Part shown: positions 47,200 to 56,239 of the stretch, one piece after another | How the letters are laid out: the number at the start of each line of letters is the position of its first letter | Numbering within the stretch: the stretch's first letter is position 1 | NCBI GenBank assembly: GCA_965222375.1 | Contig: CBDCTZ010000013.1 | Location: 128,001-192,000, forward strand | Direction of reading: 5' to 3' | DNA: 64,000 nt | From: Polyangiaceae bacterium | GTDB taxonomy: Bacteria > Myxococcota_A > Polyangia > Polyangiales > Polyangiaceae | Notes under the pieces: generated by a model | Told to the model about the DNA's origin: nothing | Databases searched by the model: none | The model's input: only the letters and a program-made list of their open reading frames with translations | Program-made: the position numbers and the translations under genes

Positions 47200-48554
47200 T
47201 CCGGTTGGTGCAAGATACGCTGGCTGGCGTCGGAGTGGTAGTACTTGCCCAGAGTGGGTCGAGAGAAGCTCAGCGCGCCGAAACTGTTGACCGCGATACT
47301 CCAAATCAGGCCGAGCCAGAACAGCCAGCGCATGCGGTAGCCGCCGATGGCGAACAAGCAGATCAAGAGCAGAGCGTAGTCGTTGGAGAAACGGTATCCG
47401 AACTGCATCCACCCCGTGTTCTGATAGAACAGGGTCGGAACGGCGACTGCGAGGACCGAAATCCAGAGCGCGAAGTGCAGCTTCGTCGCGCGCCGCGGCC
47501 AGAGCAGCCACAGATACAGCGGGGTCGTCACCCACAGGGCAAGACCGTGATGGCTGATCTGAAAAGGGGCGCCGGCTGGGGTCTTCACCAGCCAGGGCAA
47601 GCTGGTCAGCACGACCGCGAGGTTGCGCGGCAAGTAGTGATAGGAAAACAGGCCCCACTTCTCCATTCGGCCTCGCCAAGCCACGGTGAGGAAGCGGTAG
47701 CCAAACTCGAACGGATCATGAAAACGCGCGTGGTTGTGCCACAGCATGACGGCGAGCACTGCGAGGGCGGGGATTGCGAACAAGACCAGGCGCTGGATGC
47801 AGGCTCGCGCATCCAAAGACTGCCAAAAGGCGCGCACTCGGGCGATGACGCCGTTGGCTTGCGGGTCGGAGCCCGTGTCCGCTGCCGTGCGACTGACCCG
47901 AATGGCTTCCAACAAGAACAGAGGCGCTGCGAATACGAGGGGGGAGCGGGTAGCGAATGCCAGCCCCAACATCAGACCGGCAAGCAGCGGCCGCTCAGCG
48001 TTGAGGGCAAACAGAACGTAGAGCGCCAACAGAGCGACACCAACGACGTGCGCTGCAAACCACACCGTGCCCTGCAACACGGTGAAAAAGTAGACAGTGC
48101 CGAAGGCAAAGAGCACGGCTAGGACAACGTTGGCTTCCGTGCTCTTGCGCCCGATCTCCATGCGACGAAGTTTCTCGAGAACCAGAAACAGCACCGCTGG
48201 ACCGATCCCGCCAAGCCAAATGAAAAACTGGCCATCTTGAACCTCGGCGGCGGAGCCGCCCAACTTGACCAGAGGCACGAGCAGCACCGCCGGGAAAGCA
48301 GGAAAAGTGACGAACCACTTGCCTTCGAAGCTCGCGAAATCGTTGTTCTGTGCGTAAGCGGGTGGCGCACCGCCGAGATCTAGGCGCCCCTGCAGCCAAG
48401 CCTCCGCCAGCAGCGCGAAGTGGTTGAAGGGTGTGTGAACCGAGAGCGTCTGCTTGGCGGCGAGCGCGAAGTACACGCCGGTTGCCACAGCGTAGATCAG
48501 GATCGCGACGACGAGGCGTCGCGGACGCGCGTCCTCCATCAAGCGCCGCCACAT
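47196..48554 (-). CDS. Polytopic membrane protein, possibly GT-C-type glycosyltransferase
   Basis: About 10 TM helices; HFALLAEAWLQGRLD, ND, FPAFPA, NxARFxDPFEFG, QFGYRFSNDY. Confidence 0.7.
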   Translation of the reverse strand: MWRRLMEDARPRRLVVAILIYAVATGVYFALAAKQTLSVHTPFNHFALLAEAWLQGRLDLGGAPPAYAQNNDFASFEGKWFVTFPAFPAVLLVPLVKLGGSAAEVQDGQFFIWLGGIGPAVLFLVLEKLRRMEIGRKSTEANVVLAVLFAFGTVYFFTVLQGTVWFAAHVVGVALLALYVLFALNAERPLLAGLMLGLAFATRSPLVFAAPLFLLEAIRVSRTAADTGSDPQANGVIARVRAFWQSLDARACIQRLVLFAIPALAVLAVMLWHNHARFHDPFEFGYRFLTVAWRGRMEKWGLFSYHYLPRNLAVVLTSLPWLVKTPAGAPFQISHHGLALWVTTPLYLWLLWPRRATKLHFALWISVLAVAVPTLFYQNTGWMQFGYRFSNDYALLLICLFAIGGYRMRWLFWLGLIWSIAVNSFGALSFSRPTLGKYYHSDASQRILHQPD

Positions 48555-48627
48555 GGCCGGCTGACGCTAGCACGAGGCCCACCCGTTCCGTGCGACCGCC
48601 GCGACAGGGGCGGCGCCAGATGCTAGG

Positions 48628-49278
48628 TTGGCGGACGCCGTGTCGAAGCCCCACTTCGTCGTTCCGGTCCGGGATTTGGAGGACGGACCCAGGACCGTTG
48701 AGTTCGAGCTCAGCGACGCATTCTTGCGCGGCGTTTTCGAGGGCACCGAGGCCGTGTGGGCTGGGCCCGGAAGTGTCGAGGTGGAGCTGACCAAGAACGG
48801 GCGAGAGGTCATGGTTCGGGGTCATGCCTCCGTTGACGTCACGATGCCCTGCGCGCGCACGATGGCGCCGGTTCCGGTGGCGCTGCGTCCGGATATTTTC
48901 CTAATGCTTTCGCAGAGTTCCAGTGAGAGCAGCCTGCGCAAGGAGCGACCGCGCAAGGGCCGCCGTGGCAAGAAGGGCCAACCGGCGGCAAAGAAGGCAA
49001 CCAACAAGAAAGAGCGCTCCAAGGGCTGGTCCAGCGACCCGACTCTGTCCGAGGGCGACACCGCCATGGACAGCTACGACGGCGAAGAAGTGGTGCTCGA
49101 CAGCTTCGTCCGGGAGTTCATCCTGCTGGACCTGCCGATGAACCCGGTGTCTTCGGACTTGCCAACCGAGGAAAATGCCGCTATCCCCCGCCCTCCCGCG
49201 GAGCCGAGCGACAAGCCCATCGACCCGAGACTGGCACCGTTGGCGGCAATCGCCGCACGACTCCGCAAAGACGAATAG
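48628..49278 (+). CDS. yceD: YceD/DUF177 family protein
   Basis: CAR, LDSFVREFILLDLPM, IDPRLAPL; directly upstream of rpmF. Confidence 0.85.
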   Translation: MADAVSKPHFVVPVRDLEDGPRTVEFELSDAFLRGVFEGTEAVWAGPGSVEVELTKNGREVMVRGHASVDVTMPCARTMAPVPVALRPDIFLMLSQSSSESSLRKERPRKGRRGKKGQPAAKKATNKKERSKGWSSDPTLSEGDTAMDSYDGEEVVLDSFVREFILLDLPMNPVSSDLPTEENAAIPRPPAEPSDKPIDPRLAPLAAIAARLRKDE

Positions 49279-49292
49279 CTAGGAGCTACGCC

Positions 49293-49484
49293 GTGGCCGT
49301 CCCCAAGCGCAGAAAGACCGGAAGCAAGCGCAACATGCGCCGCGCGAACCACGACAAGGTGGTTTCACCCAATATCGTGCCCTGCCCTAACTGCTCGGCT
49401 CCGATGACGTCGCATCGGGCCTGCCCGTCCTGCGGGTTTTACAAAGGCCGCTCGGTCGTCAAGTCCGATAGCACCGAGAGCTAA
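49293..49484 (+). CDS. rpmF: 50S ribosomal protein L32
   Basis: MAVPKRR...CPNC...HRACPSCGFYKG. Confidence 0.97.
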   Translation: MAVPKRRKTGSKRNMRRANHDKVVSPNIVPCPNCSAPMTSHRACPSCGFYKGRSVVKSDSTES

Positions 49485-49547
49485 ACGCTCACAGCTGGTT
49501 GAACCATTTCGCGTGACCCGGCCGGCCGTTCGTTATACGAACGGGTG

Positions 49548-50540
49548 ATGGACGCCACGCCGAAAAGCCGCCTTGCCGGCACCGGAGCCTACGTTCCGGA
49601 GCAGGTGCTGACGAATTTCGACCTGGAAAAACGCGTCGATACGTCCGACGAGTGGATACGAGAGCGAACCGGGATCCGTGAGCGTCGAATCGCCGCGCCC
49701 GACGAGGCGTCCAGCGATATGGCGCTGGAGGCGGCACGGCGCGCACTTTCTGCGGCAGGGATGACCGCTGACGACCTGGACATGATCATTGTCGGGACGA
49801 TCAGCCCGGACATGCACCTGCCAGCCTGCGCGGCTTTTCTACAGCAAAAGCTCGGAGCCAAACAGATCCCGGCCTTCGATGTCGCAGCGGCCTGTGCGGG
49901 CTTCGTCTACGCCATGAGCATTGGGGATCAGTTCATTCGCTCGGGAGCCTGCAAGAACGTCCTGATCGTCGGGGTGGAGCTGCTGTCACGAGTGCTCAAC
50001 TGGAAAGACCGAACGACTTGCGTGTTGTTCGGAGACGGCGCGGGTGCCGCCATCATGACCACGAACACCGATGGGGATCGGGGCGTTCTTTCGACCAAGC
50101 TGTACACGGACTCCAGCCTGGCGGAGAGCTTGTGCATCCCTGCGGGCGGTAGCAAAGAGCCCATCGACGATCGCAGCATCGCCGAGGCGCGCGACAAAGT
50201 GCACATGATCGGCGGCGACATCTTCAAAGTCGCTGTGCGGAACCTCACGAGCGCTTCCCGAGAAGCCCTGGAGGCGGCGGGGCTACAGGCCGGCGATATC
50301 GATTGGGTGGTTCCCCACCAAGCGAACCATCGCATTTTGAGCCAAGTGGCTCAGCGCCTGGCGATCCCCCTGAATCGCTTCGTGCTCAACATCGAGCGCT
50401 ACGGCAACACTTCCAGCGCCAGCATTCCCATCGCTTTGGACGAGGCCGTGCGGGACGGACGAATCAAGCCCGGACAGAGCGTGCTGATGTGCGCGCTGGG
50501 CGCCGGGATCTCGTGGGCTAGCGCCCTCGTCCGCGTGTAG
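49548..50540 (+). CDS. fabH: 3-oxoacyl-ACP synthase III
   Basis: DTSDEWI..RTGI, AAC, FGDGAGA, PHQAN, GNTSSAS. Confidence 0.96.
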   Translation: MDATPKSRLAGTGAYVPEQVLTNFDLEKRVDTSDEWIRERTGIRERRIAAPDEASSDMALEAARRALSAAGMTADDLDMIIVGTISPDMHLPACAAFLQQKLGAKQIPAFDVAAACAGFVYAMSIGDQFIRSGACKNVLIVGVELLSRVLNWKDRTTCVLFGDGAGAAIMTTNTDGDRGVLSTKLYTDSSLAESLCIPAGGSKEPIDDRSIAEARDKVHMIGGDIFKVAVRNLTSASREALEAAGLQAGDIDWVVPHQANHRILSQVAQRLAIPLNRFVLNIERYGNTSSASIPIALDEAVRDGRIKPGQSVLMCALGAGISWASALVRV

Positions 50541-50606
50541 TATCGGCGCGGCGCGAGCCGACAGGCCACCCCAAGTGACGGCCGGGGCGTCCCCAAGGAG
50601 ACCGAA

Positions 50607-51542
50607 ATGAAAATCGCATGGTTGTTCCCAGGACAGGGCACACAACACGTTTCGATGGGCAAGGCGCTTTTCGACGCGTCTGGAGCAGCCAGAAAGGTGT
50701 TCGAACGCGCAGACGCCGCGCTGGATTGGAAGTTGAGCGCGCTCATGTTCGAAGGGCCGGAGGCTGAACTGACGCTGACGAAGAACACCCAACCGGCGGT
50801 GGTCACGGCCAGCATTGCGGCTCTGGAGGCCCTGCGCGAGGCCAAGCCCGACCTGGCTCCACCGGACTTCGTCGCGGGACACTCGCTGGGGGAGTATTCC
50901 GCGCTGGTCGCTGCTGATGCCCTCAGTCTGGAAGATGCGGTGCGCCTGGTACATCGCCGCGGGGCGGCCATGCAGGACGCCGTGCCCCAGGGCCAGGGCG
51001 CGATGGCTGCCATCATGGGCGCGGACCGACAAGCCGTGGAAGATTTGTGTCGCGAGGCGGCCGACGGGGGCGTGGTCAGCGCGGCGAACTTCAATGCGCC
51101 CGGACAGATCGTCATCGCCGGTAGCGCCGACGCCGTGGAGCGCGCTCGTACCCTGGCTGGTGAGCGAAAGATGAAGGCGATCCCGCTCAAAGTGAGCGCT
51201 CCCTTTCATTGCGCGCTGATGGCGCCAGCGGCGGAGGTGGTGCGCCAGGCACTCAGCGATGTGACCGTGAAGGACCCAGCCGTTCCGGTCGTCTCGAACG
51301 TGACAGGCAAGCCCACCACTTCCGCGTCGGAGGTCACGGAGCTGCTCGTGCGCCAGATCGACGCCCCGGTCCTGTGGCAACAGAGCGTCGGGTTCATGGC
51401 AGACGACGGAGTCACGCAGGCCCTCGAAATCGGCCCGGGTCGAGTGCTGGCTGGGTTGGTCAGGCGCAGCGACAAGCGGCTGGCGGTGCAGGGCGTATCC
51501 GACCCCGCCAACGTAGCTAAGGCTTTGGAATTGCTACAGTAA
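50607..51542 (+). CDS. fabD: Malonyl-CoA:ACP transacylase
   Basis: FPGQG, TQPA, GHSLGEY, SAPFH, EIGPG. Confidence 0.96.
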   Translation: MKIAWLFPGQGTQHVSMGKALFDASGAARKVFERADAALDWKLSALMFEGPEAELTLTKNTQPAVVTASIAALEALREAKPDLAPPDFVAGHSLGEYSALVAADALSLEDAVRLVHRRGAAMQDAVPQGQGAMAAIMGADRQAVEDLCREAADGGVVSAANFNAPGQIVIAGSADAVERARTLAGERKMKAIPLKVSAPFHCALMAPAAEVVRQALSDVTVKDPAVPVVSNVTGKPTTSASEVTELLVRQIDAPVLWQQSVGFMADDGVTQALEIGPGRVLAGLVRRSDKRLAVQGVSDPANVAKALELLQ

Positions 51543-51652
51543 GTGCCTGGTGCGCTAGTGAGGTCGGCTGAGGGGCCGAAATGGGCTCATCTTTCGCAGT
51601 TGACCGCGCGCGGGGCGTGGTAAACACGGCCCCGCTTCGGCCTCAGCCAGTC

Positions 51653-52399
51653 ATGTTCGAACTCAACGACAAAGTGTGCATCGTCACCGGCGGATCCCGC
51701 GGGATCGGCCGAGCAGCGGCGATCGCGTTGGGCGGCATGGGCGCCACGGTGGTGGCTGGCTACGTCAGTGGCGAAGAGGCCGCCAAGGAGACCGCCGAAG
51801 CGGTTCAAGCTGCCGGCGGCAAAGCGGAAATCGCGCGATTCGACGTCTCGGACCTGGCGCAGGCAGAGAGCAACATCGCTCAAACCGCCAAGCGACACGG
51901 GCGCCTGGACGCTTTGGTGGCAAGTGCGGGGATCTCCATCGACTCGTTGTTGCTCCGTCTGAAGGAAGACGACTTCGACCGCGTACTGGCGGTGAACCTA
52001 AAGGGTGCGGTGGCCTGCGCACGGGCTGCGATAAAAGTCATGATGCGGGCAAAGACCGGTCGGATCGTGTTCTTGTCGAGCGTGGTCGGTGAGATGGGCA
52101 ATGTCGGCCAAACCGCCTACGCGGCGTCCAAGGCGGGCCTGCTCGGCGCCGCCAAGAGCCTGGCGCGCGAATACGCATCCCGAAACATCACGGTCAATGC
52201 CGTGACTCCCGGATTCATCGAGACGGACATGACGGCAGGCCTGCCCGAAGAGGCCAAAGCCGCCATGTTGGGGGCCATTCCCCTGGCCCGAGTGGGCAAG
52301 ACCGATGAGGTCGCCGCCGCGATCGCCTACTTGTGTTCCGACGAGGCCGCCTACGTCACGGGCCAGACCCTGCGTGTCAATGGGGGCATGTATATGTGA
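51653..52399 (+). CDS. fabG: 3-oxoacyl-ACP reductase
   Basis: [29 protein letters not shown]. Confidence 0.95.
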   Translation: MFELNDKVCIVTGGSRGIGRAAAIALGGMGATVVAGYVSGEEAAKETAEAVQAAGGKAEIARFDVSDLAQAESNIAQTAKRHGRLDALVASAGISIDSLLLRLKEDDFDRVLAVNLKGAVACARAAIKVMMRAKTGRIVFLSSVVGEMGNVGQTAYAASKAGLLGAAKSLAREYASRNITVNAVTPGFIETDMTAGLPEEAKAAMLGAIPLARVGKTDEVAAAIAYLCSDEAAYVTGQTLRVNGGMYM

Positions 52400-52491
52400 G
52401 GGCTGGACCCCAGCCCGCAGCTTTTTGGTTCAGAAATAGTCAACGTTTTTCAAAAGTCGCGTCCCAAGAAGGCGCGCATCGTGGAGGCAAC

Positions 52492-52737
52492 ATGGCAGGC
52501 CGGGACATCGAGGCCGAAGTCAAGCGCATCATCAAAGAGCAGCTCGACGTCGACGAAAAGGATATCAGCGCAGATTCCACCTTCATCGACGATCTCGGTG
52601 CTGACTCTTTGGGGTTGGTCGAACTCGTTCTTGCTTTCGAGGAAGCATTCGAGATCGATATCCCGGACGAGGACACGGAGAAGATCCGTACCGTCCAAGA
52701 CGCGGTTGACTACATCAAGCAAAACGCCAGCGTCTAA
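52492..52737 (+). CDS. acpP: Acyl carrier protein
   Basis: GGAGG RBS; DLGADSL phosphopantetheine site. Confidence 0.96.
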   Translation: MAGRDIEAEVKRIIKEQLDVDEKDISADSTFIDDLGADSLGLVELVLAFEEAFEIDIPDEDTEKIRTVQDAVDYIKQNASV

Positions 52738-52808
52738 GGGCAACGGGCGGGCGTCGCTCTGGTGACGCCCGCAGATCTTCGGCAGCGCCGAGGAACACAG
52801 AGAGAGTC

Positions 52809-54053
52809 ATGGAGCGAGTGGTCATAACTGGCATCGGTCTGGCGACGCCGAACGGTGTCGGGACTGAAGCCACCTGGCAGTCACTGATTCGCGGAGAGAG
52901 TTCCGCAGCGCCGATCACGCTTTTCGAAACCGACGAGCGGTACGCTTCGCGGTTTGCCTGCGAGGTGAAGGGGTTCGAACCGACAGACTTCATCCCCAAG
53001 AAGAAGTTGAAGGAGATGACTCGCTTCACGAAGTTCGCCCTTGCCGCAACCAAGATGGCCTTCGAAGACGCCGCCTTGGAGCTGACCGATGAAGAGCGCG
53101 AAACCACTGGCACGTTCATCGGTGTTGGCTTGGGCGGACTCGAGAACTTGGAACGCTGCACTCTGGTCCTCGAGCACAAGGGGCCGGGCAAGATCAGCCC
53201 CTATTTCATACCGTCCTTGATCGCGAACATGGCGGCCGGTCAAGTCTCCATCGCCCACGGATTGCAGGGGCCGAGCCTAGCCCATACCAGCGCTTGCTCG
53301 TCCAGCGGGCACGCCATTGGCGAAGCTCTGGAGTGGATTCGCCGTGGGCGAGCCGACGTCATGATCGCGGGTGGCGCGGAGGCGACCATCACGCCCATCG
53401 GCATCGCTGGCTTCTCGGCCATGTTTGCTCTGAGCCGACGCAACGACGACCCCACGCGTGCCAGCCGCCCTTGGGACAAAGGGCGCGACGGTTTCGTGTG
53501 CGGCGAGGGCGCAGCCACCCTGATCCTGGAATCCCTCACTCACGCAAAGAAGCGTGGAGCGAAAATCATCGCGGAGGTCAGTGGCTACGCCGCGACCAGC
53601 GACGCCTTTCACATAACCAAGCCGGCGACCGAGGGCGCCGGTGGTCGCAAGGCGATGGAGCTCGCGCTTTCCGACGCCGGACTCAGTCCCGACGCAATCG
53701 ACTACGTGAACGCCCACGGCACGAGCACTCCCGCAGGGGACATAGAAGAGAGCCACGCCATCAGCTCGGTTTTCGGTGCTCACGCATTGGACAAGAAACT
53801 GTGGGTCAGCTCCACGAAGAGCATGATGGGCCATCTTCTAGGTGCGGCCGGCGCCGTGGAGGCGGCGATTTGCGCCAAAGCCATCGCTAGCTCTGTCGTG
53901 CCCCCGACGATCAACTTGGACGACCAAGACGAGGAGTGCCCCCTGGACTTCGTCCCTCACACGGCCCGGGAGCGGCGCATTCGCCACGCGCTATCCAACT
54001 CCTTCGGATTCGGAGGCACCAACGCCACTCTGGTCCTCTCTGCAATCGACTAA
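52809..54053 (+). CDS. fabF: 3-oxoacyl-ACP synthase II
   Basis: SAC, NAHGTST, KSMMGH, SNSFGFGG. Confidence 0.96.
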   Translation: MERVVITGIGLATPNGVGTEATWQSLIRGESSAAPITLFETDERYASRFACEVKGFEPTDFIPKKKLKEMTRFTKFALAATKMAFEDAALELTDEERETTGTFIGVGLGGLENLERCTLVLEHKGPGKISPYFIPSLIANMAAGQVSIAHGLQGPSLAHTSACSSSGHAIGEALEWIRRGRADVMIAGGAEATITPIGIAGFSAMFALSRRNDDPTRASRPWDKGRDGFVCGEGAATLILESLTHAKKRGAKIIAEVSGYAATSDAFHITKPATEGAGGRKAMELALSDAGLSPDAIDYVNAHGTSTPAGDIEESHAISSVFGAHALDKKLWVSSTKSMMGHLLGAAGAVEAAICAKAIASSVVPPTINLDDQDEECPLDFVPHTARERRIRHALSNSFGFGGTNATLVLSAID

Positions 54054-54058
54054 CCGAA

Positions 54059-54538
54059 ATGCAGTGCCCCACCTGCCGCCAAATGGACAGCCGAGTGCTC
54101 GATTCACGACTCGTCTCCGGGGGCACCGTGACTTGGCGGCGGCGAGAGTGCGATGCATGCAAGCGTCGCTTCACGACCTACGAGCGGGTCGAATTGTCTC
54201 TGCCCACAGTGGTGAAGCGGGACGGGCAGCGCGCACCCTTCAATCGGGACAAACTACTGGCCAGCTTGATGATAGCCTGCAACAAGCGACCGGTGTCCAC
54301 GGATACCCTCGAGCGGGAAGCGGACACCATGGAGAGGGAGCTGTCTGAGAGCGGCGAGCGAGAGGTCTCCAGTATGGAGATCGGTGAGCGCGTCATGACC
54401 CGGCTGAAGCGGCTGGATGAAGTCGCGTACGTGCGCTTTGCGAGCGTCTACAAGTCGTTCCGGGATATCGACGAGTTCATGCGCGAGATGACCAGCTTGG
54501 TTCGCTCCCGCCCAGAAGACGGAGATGTCAGCCCATGA
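54059..54538 (+). CDS. nrdR: Transcriptional repressor NrdR
   Basis: MQCPTC...RRRECDAC..RFTTYE, ATP cone, AYVRFASVY. Confidence 0.96.
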   Translation: MQCPTCRQMDSRVLDSRLVSGGTVTWRRRECDACKRRFTTYERVELSLPTVVKRDGQRAPFNRDKLLASLMIACNKRPVSTDTLEREADTMERELSESGEREVSSMEIGERVMTRLKRLDEVAYVRFASVYKSFRDIDEFMREMTSLVRSRPEDGDVSP

Positions 54539-55659
54539 CGGAAGTCGATGACAAACTCATGGCCCGCGCGATCGAAATCGCGCAACAAGGGGATCCGTCG
54601 CCGAATCCACCGGTCGGCTCTATCGTGGCGGATGGTGAGACCATCGTTGCCGAGGGCTTCCATCAAGCGGCAGGCATGGATCACGCAGAAATCGCTGCCC
54701 TCAAAGAGGCCGGAGGTTCCGCGGAAGGAAAGACCCTCTACGTCAACCTGGAGCCCTGCAATCACGAGGGACGGACGTCACCCTGCGTGGACGAGATCAT
54801 CAATGCGAAGCTCAAGCGGGTGGTCGTTGGGACCCGCGACCCGAATCCGAATGTCGAGGGAGGCGGCATCGAGAAACTGGAAGCCGCCGGAATTGAAGTG
54901 GTCTTGGGCGTGCGAGAAAAAGACGCCAAGCGCCTGATCGAGCCCTGGACCAAGTACATCACGGAAGAAACTGCCTTTCTTGGTCTCAAGCTAGCGGCCT
55001 CCCTGGACGGGCGCATCGCCACCCGAACGGGAGCATCCAAGTGGATCACGTGTTCGGACTCGCGAGTGCGCGTGCACCTGCTGCGGACCAAGCACGATGC
55101 CGTGATGGTGGGAATCAACACGGCCATCGCTGACGACCCCCGGCTGACGGTGCGTGAGGTGCCCGGGCGCAATCCGGTCCGAGTGGTGGTGGACAGCAAG
55201 CTTCGGCTGCCCATCGGGAGCCAGTTGGTGCAAACCGCCAAGGAAATCCCGACTTGTGCAGTCACCGCCGTCGACGCACCCCAGGATGCCGAGGATGCAC
55301 TCGTCGACCTGGGTGTGAGCGTGATCCGCGTTCCTGCCACCGCGGAAGGGCGCTGCGACATGCGTGCCGCCCTCAAGGAACTCGCCGCTCGCGAGGTCGT
55401 CAGTGTGCTTTGCGAAGGCGGCGCGGAACTCGCCGGTAGCCTGCTGGCCTTGGCGTTGCCAGACCAAATGCATGTGTTCGTCGCCCCGGTCTTGCTCGGC
55501 CCCCGTGGCCGACCCGGCGCTGTGGACTGGGCGGGTCCAGAGAACCCCTCCGACGCGCCCCGGATTGAATCTCCACGTTGGGAACTATGCGGTTCGGACG
55601 CCTACGTATCAGGCCGGCTTGTCTACCCGAAGAAGGCCAGCCGCACCACGGCCTCCTGA
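54535..55659 (+). CDS. ribD: Bifunctional riboflavin biosynthesis deaminase/reductase
   Basis: PNPPVG, HAE, LEPC...PC, SLDG, DDPRLT, EGG. Confidence 0.95.
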   Translation: MTEVDDKLMARAIEIAQQGDPSPNPPVGSIVADGETIVAEGFHQAAGMDHAEIAALKEAGGSAEGKTLYVNLEPCNHEGRTSPCVDEIINAKLKRVVVGTRDPNPNVEGGGIEKLEAAGIEVVLGVREKDAKRLIEPWTKYITEETAFLGLKLAASLDGRIATRTGASKWITCSDSRVRVHLLRTKHDAVMVGINTAIADDPRLTVREVPGRNPVRVVVDSKLRLPIGSQLVQTAKEIPTCAVTAVDAPQDAEDALVDLGVSVIRVPATAEGRCDMRAALKELAAREVVSVLCEGGAELAGSLLALALPDQMHVFVAPVLLGPRGRPGAVDWAGPENPSDAPRIESPRWELCGSDAYVSGRLVYPKKASRTTAS

Positions 55660-55704
55660 GGCCTGCCGTTGCCGGTGGTCCAGTCGAGTGTTACGTTGCG
55701 TAAC

Positions 55705-56214
55705 ATGGCTCTGCGCGCGATTTTGGAGTACCCCGACCCCCGCTTGCGTGAGGTGGCGAAGCCCGTGACCCAGGTCGATGACGACGTGCGCCAGCTGGTC
55801 GAAGACATGGCCGAAACCATGTATGCCGCACCCGGGGTCGGCTTGGCGGCGACCCAAATTGGCGTTCCGCTCCGCATCTTCGTGATCGACATCGCCACGG
55901 AAGACGAGCCCAGCGATCTGCGCGTGTTCATCAATCCCGAAGTCCTCACCACCGACGGGCAGCAGTCATGGAATGAGGGCTGCCTGTCGTTTCCGGGCGT
56001 TTCCGAAGAGATCAAGCGGGCCGAAAACGTGACCGTGCGAGCCCTCGACGAACACGGCAAGGCCTTCGAGCTGCAGACGGACGGATTGCTCGCGGTGGCC
56101 ATTCAGCACGAAAACGACCACCTTGATGGCGTGCTGATGATCGACAAGCTCAACGCCGTGAAGCGGCGACTCATGGGCCGCAAGCTCGCCCGGCGCGCTC
56201 AGGCGAACGCCTGA
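55705..56214 (+). CDS. def: Peptide deformylase
   Basis: GVGLAATQ, EGCLS, QHENDH. Confidence 0.96.
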   Translation: MALRAILEYPDPRLREVAKPVTQVDDDVRQLVEDMAETMYAAPGVGLAATQIGVPLRIFVIDIATEDEPSDLRVFINPEVLTTDGQQSWNEGCLSFPGVSEEIKRAENVTVRALDEHGKAFELQTDGLLAVAIQHENDHLDGVLMIDKLNAVKRRLMGRKLARRAQANA

Positions 56215-56239
56215 TAGCGCGCGGGCTCATCGGCCGCTT

